This document shows, in pieces, positions 22,843 through 30,088 of a DNA stretch of 30,088 bases (its first letter is position 1; each line of letters begins with the position of its first letter). The stretch covers positions 1-30,088 of the forward strand of contig NIVC01002266.1 of assembly GCA_002269645.1 (NCBI GenBank), read 5' to 3'. A program made the translations under genes and the position numbers. The notes below the pieces were generated by a model that did not search any database, was not told the origin of the DNA, and saw only the letters and a program-made list of their open reading frames with translations. The DNA is from Macrostomum lignano. Its lineage: Eukaryota.

Positions 22843-22872
22843 AAAAAACATGTAGATTCGCGGAAAGCTTGC

Positions 22873-23238
22873 CTCTGTATCGTCCTCAACGCTAGCGAGA
22901 CTTGCCAGCCCAGTAGCTTGGCAGTCCCTCAGCTTAGCGCTGGCTGTCAAGCCGCAACACGAGGGGCAGAAGCCGCAGAACAGCGGCACAGCGAATTCCA
23001 CTGTTCGATCATCTGGACCCTTGAAGGGGTCTAGGCCGGACGAACGAACGTGCTCATTAAGTCGAGTTACAAGCCGTTGGGCCAAAGCGGCCACGCGGTC
23101 CTGCGTCAGTTGGCCGGCCATTTGGCCAGCAGCTTTGGTGGCAGCCTGCACTGCCGCCTCCTTCATTGCGGAAAAGTTGCTCAGCTGATTCTGTGGATTT
23201 GCGTTTTTTTCGGAGTTTTTTTCGCAATTGTGTTTCAT
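22873..23238 (-). CDS. Exon 1 of the putative TULIP/group-7-allergen-like protein (start ATG 23238, or 23166)
   Basis: ORF 22792-23298; motif RLNEHVRSSGLDPFKGPD...ASAKLRDCQATGLASLASV recalls the LDP..GLS signature of group-7-allergen/JHBP-like proteins. Phase-0 GC donor GAG|GCAAGC at 22872 joins in frame to exon 2. Confidence 0.65.
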
Positions 23239-24341
23239 CGAAACGTTCTTTTGACGTTGCTTTAGCACAGCAGGCACGCACTCATACACACGCTCCACAC
23301 AGCGGCCCTGAACTTCTAATCGCCAGGCATCAACACTCTAAAAGCCTGGGGGGTTTGGCCCTCGTGAGTGTGAATTGCACCACAACCACAGGCCAGCGCG
23401 AAAGTCAGACGCGTTTACCACTGGGCTGCTCTGCACCATCAGGAAGGCTTTCAGGACTGAGAAGTTTTGTATGTGTTAGATAGCTCGTAAATGCTGTACT
23501 ATTAAGTACACTCTTAAATGAAGTTTTTTTACTTCGTAAAAGTATGAATGAGTGCAAAATTCTTACCAAGTTATCCATTTAAACTCGACCTTTGGTGCAC
23601 AATTAGTTAAATTCTGAAGAAGATATCGCTGCTTTAGTATCTTCCCTGCACTGTACTAAGAAGCGGGGTTGACTTCATATTTTGGGCAGAATAGAAATGC
23701 AAAAATGCAACAAGCTGCAAGCATGAGTGTGCGCTTCAAGCAGCACGTACGTCTCCGAACCCGATAGAGCCGAACGAAATTCCAATTCCCTCGTCCTGGC
23801 ATTTCCTCCCGGCTTCCCAGCTTAGCAGATCAATAACAGCTGGACAGAGGGGGGATACGGGGATAGCTAGCAGTGCGCGATGCGCGTCTCCGTTGGATGG
23901 CCTGCGCTTTCATGAGCCGATTTCTGGTGCAACAAGGACATGTCGTTTTTTTCTGTACAAAACTGTACAACGAATCTTTAATTTCGGATTACATATGCTT
24001 TCCGCTTTGACACGATTTTACATTCGACATAGGCAGTGCGCATGGCTTCTATGTACGATTAAATAGACCAAAAAATATATGGCCCATTCTGGGTTTTTTA
24101 AAAGTCCTTTTCATGCATCGATCGGCTAGTGTATGACCGTATGACTCCAGTGTGTCAATTTGCTCCTATTTGCTTTTCATGAATGAGTAGTCCACAACGT
24201 GGCAATTCAATGGCTCAAAATTAGAGCTACATGCTTGGATTTAGAAATTTGCCACAAAACGGCGATCTAGCTACGGTCAAAGTAACTTACCATTCAAATC
24301 GACATTTGTTACAGTTGTAATCTATGCATTTTTGTGTTTAA

Positions 24342-24554
24342 GGGGTTTGTAGCCTAGTGGTCAGAGCGTCGGACTCACGACTGAAAGGTCGTCGGACTCG
24401 TCGTCCTTGAGCAAGACTTAACTTTACATTGCTTCAATTCACCCAGCTGTCCTTGGACTGAACAGCTGTGCGCGGCCTTCAGAATAGCTGCGGCTGAGTT
24501 GTCGGTTGCACATCTGCCCATTGGGCAGTTGTAGTCAGTTATTATTATTTATTA
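24342..24554 (+). mobile_element. tRNA-derived SINE with CORE-like central domain; B box apparently lost
   Basis: A-box-like TAGCCTAGTGG at 24350-24360 and a tRNA-like head; central TCCTTGAGCAAGACTTAACTTTACATTGCTTCAATTCACCCAGCTGT resembles the CORE-SINE domain; (TTA)n-like tail at the end. Confidence 0.7.
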
Positions 24555-25499
24555 ATATGCTCATGTAAGTCAAGGAATTTTTTCAACTTCAGTATCAAAG
24601 CCTGTGCCATATTGCTAATAAATTGATTTGTTTAACTGCATCAGTGGAAACAGAAGCTACAACAATACACATCGGTACTGCAGCAATTTTGCTCTGCCAA
24701 CATTTTCTAAGAATTGTGGCGCCAGTAAGCATGGCAACGAGCGGATTCCTGTTCAGTCAAGAACGCTAAACTAAAACGGTCTAGAGCCTAGTCCAACAGC
24801 TGAAACCTTTTGTATCGGCGCGGATGATATGACCTGACAGTTAGAAGTTGTCGCTCACTGAATCACCTAAAGGCCATTGCAGTGTGCGTCAACTTGTTGT
24901 ACGAGAAAGTCTGTCACAAAGTCTGTCAGCTCCTAAAGTAGTTCTAAAAGATTCTGAATCTATTTTTTAAACTACGGTAAAATGCAAATGGCAGAGGCTG
25001 AGAAGATAATGATTCTCACAGCAATTTTAAGCTTTCATAATAACCCAACCCAAGCTCCTAAATAGAACCGTTTCTTGCAATCTAAGCGTCAAATTTTTGA
25101 AACGCTCGCGTGCGAAGAGGATGGTTCGCAAAACTTTCTTGCCACAATGCCCTTCTTTAACTCAAAAAGTGCATCAGATAAACTTGTAGACGGCTAAAAA
25201 GGTTAAGAGGCAGTTTTGTGTAAACTTTTATTGGAATACTTAATCGTGGGAAATTGTTCCGCACAATTCACATCGAATACTGGGCACAGGGTGCCAAAAA
25301 ACGGTTGAGCTTGCTAAATAACAATGAAAAGTTCCAACGGAAACGCCCAAGTTTCACATGCCTAAGAAAGGCGATAGCTTCTGACAAAACATGAAAAGTT
25401 TGCCTAAAAGGTTGAATAACAGAATTTGAAGTTGCAACCGAACACTTCGTGGCTTAACCAAAACATCAGAAATCTAAACAAAAAAGCTCTGCTAAACAC

Positions 25500-28400
25500 A
25501 TGTCAAAGAAAGCGCTACCATCGATCAGCAGCAAGTACTGCCTTTGGGTCTGTATGCTGCTACTGTACATGACGCAAACAATACAGGGCTCTACAACAGT
25601 AAATACAGAACCTGTTACAGCAACAGTAAAAACCGAACTATCGACTACAGAAGGAGACTTAACTGCGTCGGAAGACACAACTCAGAATCCATCGATGTCT
25701 GCAGAACCACCGACTGATAAAACAATGAACTTCTCTCCTTCTGCTGAGACACCAACTGATTCGACGATGGACCCATCTCCTTCTGCAGGGCCATTAACTG
25801 ACTCGACAATGGACCCATCTCCTTCTGCAGAGCCATTAACTGACTCGACAATGGACCCATCTCCTTCTGCTGAGACACCAACTGATTCGACGATGGACCC
25901 ATCTCCTTCTGCAGAGCCATTAACTGACTCGACAATGGACCCATCTCCTTCTGCTGAGACACCAACTGACTCGACAATGGACCCATCTCCTTCTGCTGAG
26001 ACACCAACTGACTCGACAATGGACCCATCTCCTTCTGCAGAGCCATCAACTGATTCGACGATGGACCCATCTCCTTCTGCAGAGCCATTAACTGACACGA
26101 CAATGGACCCATCTCCTTCTGCAGAGCCATCAACTAACTCGACAATGGACCCATCTCCTTCTGCAGAGCCATCAACTAACTCGACAATGGACCCATCTCC
26201 TGCAGAGCCATCAACTGACTCGACAATGGACCCATCTCCTGCAGGGCCATCAACTGACTCGACAATGGACCCATTTCCTTCTGCAGAGCCATTAACTGAC
26301 TCGACAATGGACCCATCTCCTTATGCAGAGCCATTAACTGACTCGACAATGGACCCATCTCCTGCAGGGCCATCAACTGACTCGACAATGGACCCATCTC
26401 CTTCTGCAGAGCCATCAACTGACTCGACAATGGACCCATCTCCTTCTGCAGAGCCATCAACTGACTCGACAATGGACCCATCTCCTGCAGAGCCAATAAC
26501 TGATTCGACAATGGACCTATCTCCTTCTGCAGAGACATCAGCGGATACATCTACGAACTCATCGATTGCTACTGAATCAATTACTATTTCATCGACTAAT
26601 TCTCCTTCACCATCGACTGAAACAACTCTTCATCCATTAACCACAGGACCTCCACCGCAGACTGACACAACTATCAATACTTTAACCACAGGTCCTTCAC
26701 CACCAACTGACACGACTGTCAATCCTTTAACCACAGGTCCTTCAACACCAACTGACACAACTGTCAATCCAACAACTGACCTCCATCACCGGCTGAAACG
26801 ACTGTCGATCCAACAACTGGACCTCCACCACCGTCTGACACAACTGTCAATCCTTTAACCACAGGTCCTTCAACACCAACTGACACGACTGTCAATCCAA
26901 CAACTGGACCTCCATCACCGGCTGAAACGACTGTCAATCCAACAACTGGACCTCCATCACCGGCTGAAACGACTGTCGATCCAACAACTGGACCTCCATC
27001 ACCGGCTGAAACGACTGTCAATCCAACAACTGGACCTCCATCACCGGCTGAAACGACTGTCGATCCAACAACTGGACCTCCATCACCGGCTGAAACGACT
27101 GTCGATCCAACAACTGGACCTCCATCACCGGCTGAAACGACTGTCGATCCAACAACTGGACCTCCATCACCGGCTGAAACGACTGTCAATCCAACAACTG
27201 GACCTCCATCACCGGCTAAAACGACTGTCAATCCAACAACTGGACCTCCATCACCGGCTGAAACGACTGTCGATCCAACAACTGGACCTCCATCACCGGC
27301 TGACACAACTGTCAATCCTTTAACCACAGGTCCTTCAACACCAACTGACACGACTGTCAATCCAACAACTGGACCTCCATCACCGGCTGACACAACTGTC
27401 AATCCTTTAACCACAGGTCCTTCAACACCAACTGACACGACTGTCAATCCAACAACTGGACCTCCATCACCGGCTGAAACGACTGTCGATCCAACAACTG
27501 GACCTCCATCACCGGCTGAAACGACTGTCGATCCAACAACTGGACCTCCATCACCGGCTGAAACGACTGTCAATCCAACAACTGGACCTCCATCACCGGC
27601 TGAAACGACTGTCAATCCAACAACTGGACCTCCATCACCGGCTGAAACGACTGTCGATCCAACAACTGGACCTCCATCACCGGCTGACACAACTGTCAAT
27701 CCTTTAACCACAGGTCCTTCAACACCAACTGACACGACTGTCAATCCAACAACTGGACCTCCATCACCGGCTGACACAACTGTCAATCCTTTAACCACAG
27801 GTCCTTCAACACCAACTGACACGACTGTCAATCCAACAACTGGACCTCCATCACCGGCTGAAACGACTGTCGATCCAACAACTGGACCTCCATCACCGGC
27901 TGAAACGACTGTCGATCCAACAACTGGACCTCCATCACCGGCTGAAACGACTGTCGATCCAACAACTGGACCTCCATCACCGGCTGAAACGACTGTCAAT
28001 CAAACAACTGGACCTCCATCACCGGCTGAAACGACTGTCAATCCAACAACTGGACCTCCACCACCGTCTGACACAACTGTCAATCCTTTAACCACAGGTC
28101 CTTCAACACCAACTGACACGACTGTCAATCCAACAACTGGACCTCCATCACCGGCTGAAACGACTGTCGATCCAACAACTGGACCTCCACACCGGCTGAA
28201 ACGACTGTCGATCCAACAACTGGACCTCCATCACCGGCTGAAACGACTGTCAATCCAACAACTGGACCTCCATCACCGGCTGAAACGACTGTCAATCCAA
28301 CAACTGGACCTCCATCACCGGCTGAAACGACTGTCGATCCAACAACTGGACCTCCATCACCGGCTGAAACGACTGTCAATCCAACAACTGGACCTCCATC

Positions 28401-30088
28401 ACCGGCTGAAACGACTGTCGATCCAACAACTGGACCTCCATCACCGGCTGAAACGACTGTCAATCCAACAACTGGACCTCCATCACCGGCTGAAACGACT
28501 GTCGATCCAACAACTGGACCTCCATCACCGGCTGAAACGACTGTCGATCCAACAACTGGACCTCCATCACCGGCTGAAACGACTGTCGATCCAACAACTG
28601 GACCTCCATCACCGGCTGAAACGACTGTCAATCCAACAACTGGACCTCCATCACCGGCTGAAACGACTGTCGATCCAACAACTGGACCTCCATCACCGGC
28701 TGAAACGACTGTCGATCCAACAACTGGACCTCCATCACCGGCTGACACAACTGTCAATCCTTTAACCACAGGTCCTTCAACACCAACTGACACGACTGTC
28801 AATCCAACAACTGGACCTCCATCACCGGCTGAACAACTGTCAATCCTTTAACCACAGGTCCTTCAACACCAACTGACACGACTGTCAATCCAACAACTGG
28901 ACCTCCATCACCGGCTGAAACGACTGTCGATCCAACAACTGGACCTCCATCACCGGCTGAAACGACTGTCGATCCAACAACTGGACCTCCATCACCGGCT
29001 GAAACGACTGTCGATCCAACAACTGGACCTCCATCACCGGCTGAAACGACTGTCAATCAAACAACTGGACCTCCATCACCGGCTGAAACGACTGTCAATC
29101 CAACAACTGGACCTCCACCACCGTCTGACACAACTGTCAATCCTTTAACCACAGGTCCTTCAACACCAACTGACACGACTGTCAATCCAACAACTGGACC
29201 TCCATCACCGGCTGAAACGACTGTCGATCCAACAACTGGACCTCCAACACCGGCTGAAACGACTGTCGATCAACAACTGGACCTCCATCACCGGCTGAAA
29301 CGACTGTCAATCCAACAACTGGACCTCCATCACTGGCTGAAACGACTGTCAATCCAACAACTGGACCTCCATCACCGGCTGAAACGACTGTCGATCCAAC
29401 AACTGGACCTCCATCACCGGCTGAAACGACTGTCAATCCAACAACTGGACCTCCATCACCGGCTGAAACGACTGTCGATCCAACAACTGGACCTCCATCA
29501 CCGGCTGAAACGACTGTCAATCCAACAACTGGACCTCCATCACCGGCTGAAACGACTGTCGATCCAACAACTGGACCTCCATCACCGGCTGAAACGACTG
29601 TCGATCCAACAACTGGACCTCCATCACCGGCTGAAACGACTGTCAATCACACAACTGGACCTCCATCACCGGCTGAAACGACTGTCAATCCAACAACTGG
29701 ACCTCCATCACCGGCTGAAACGACTGTCAATCCAACAACTGGACCTCCATCACGGCTCGATGACGTGAAACGCCGTCGATCCAAACCAACTGGACCCCAT
29801 CACCGGCTGAAAACGACTGTCGATCCAACAACTGGACCTCCATCACCGGCTGAAACGACTGTCAATCCAACACTGGACCTCCATCACCGGCTGAAACGAC
29901 TGTCAATCCAACACAGGCCCAACATCCAACTGAACGGAAACGACTGTCAATCCAACAACTGGACCTCCATCACCGGCTGAAACAACTGTCGATCCAACAA
30001 CTGGACCTCCTATCACCGGCTGAAACGACTGTCAATCCAACAACTGGACCTCCATCACCGCTGAAACGACTGTCAATCCAACAACTGG
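25500..30088 (+). CDS. Secreted mucin-like PTS-repeat protein, runs off the window end; apparent frameshifts
   Basis: ATG 25500; signal peptide YCLWVCMLLLYMTQTIQG; 39/36-bp repeats (TDSTMDPSPSAEP) at ~25740-26540; then 42-bp (TTVDPTTGPPSPAE) and 45-bp (TTVNPLTTGPSTPTD) repeats. Single-base losses at ~26778, ~28190, ~28832 and further right break the frame. Confidence 0.85.
26620..30088. repeat. Coding minisatellite of 42- and 45-bp units with higher-order periodicity
   Basis: Units read directly; rare variants recur 1057 bp apart. Confidence 0.95.

Noticed and set aside
24342-24420. tRNA gene
   Set aside because: No T-arm/B box or acceptor stem closure; the sequence continues into a SINE core domain.
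25645-29646. Long minus-strand ORFs (MALQKEMGP..., TVVSAGDGGPVVG..., up to 411 aa)
   Set aside because: Antisense readings of the mucin repeats; the + strand has the signal peptide and PTS composition.
25500-30088. Identity with known flatworm adhesive proteins (Mlig-ap1/ap2)
   Set aside because: Those have Lys/Arg-rich or >200-aa repeat units and vWD/C-lectin/TSP-type domains; only short acidic PTS units are seen here.

Overview
Eukaryotic (metazoan) genomic DNA with spliceosomal GT-AG introns, dense minisatellites and non-autonomous transposons. The Ala/Gly/Ser/Pro-run protein style, repeat density and WSC/PAN gene content suggest a free-living flatworm such as Macrostomum; this is inference only. 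No rRNA, true tRNA, CRISPR or prokaryotic features were found. Four protein genes can be modelled by hand. (1) A + strand RUSC1/RUSC2-like RUN-domain gene: the three RUN exons (~10099-10492, 10770-10875, 11417-12131) splice in phase, probable upstream low-complexity exons lie at 3828-4086, 8282-8731 and 8919-9972, one junction is unresolved, and no SH3 is seen. (2) A - strand two-exon secreted WSC+PAN protein (17337-16595). (3) A - strand two-exon protein with a TULIP/group-7-allergen-like pattern, two Cys clusters, no signal peptide and a probable GC-AG intron (23238-21075). (4) A + strand secreted PTS mucin (25500 to beyond the window end) with a ~1059-bp higher-order repeat and single-base frameshifts that look like long-read errors. 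Mobile DNA: a hAT-like MITE with an 8-bp TSD, two related foldback elements with 7-bp TSDs, and a tRNA-headed CORE-like SINE. Also present are a diverged inverted repeat pair with a conserved hairpin flanking the WSC gene, and a 2-kb block almost free of CpG. Most long ORFs in the supplied track are repeat or antisense artefacts.
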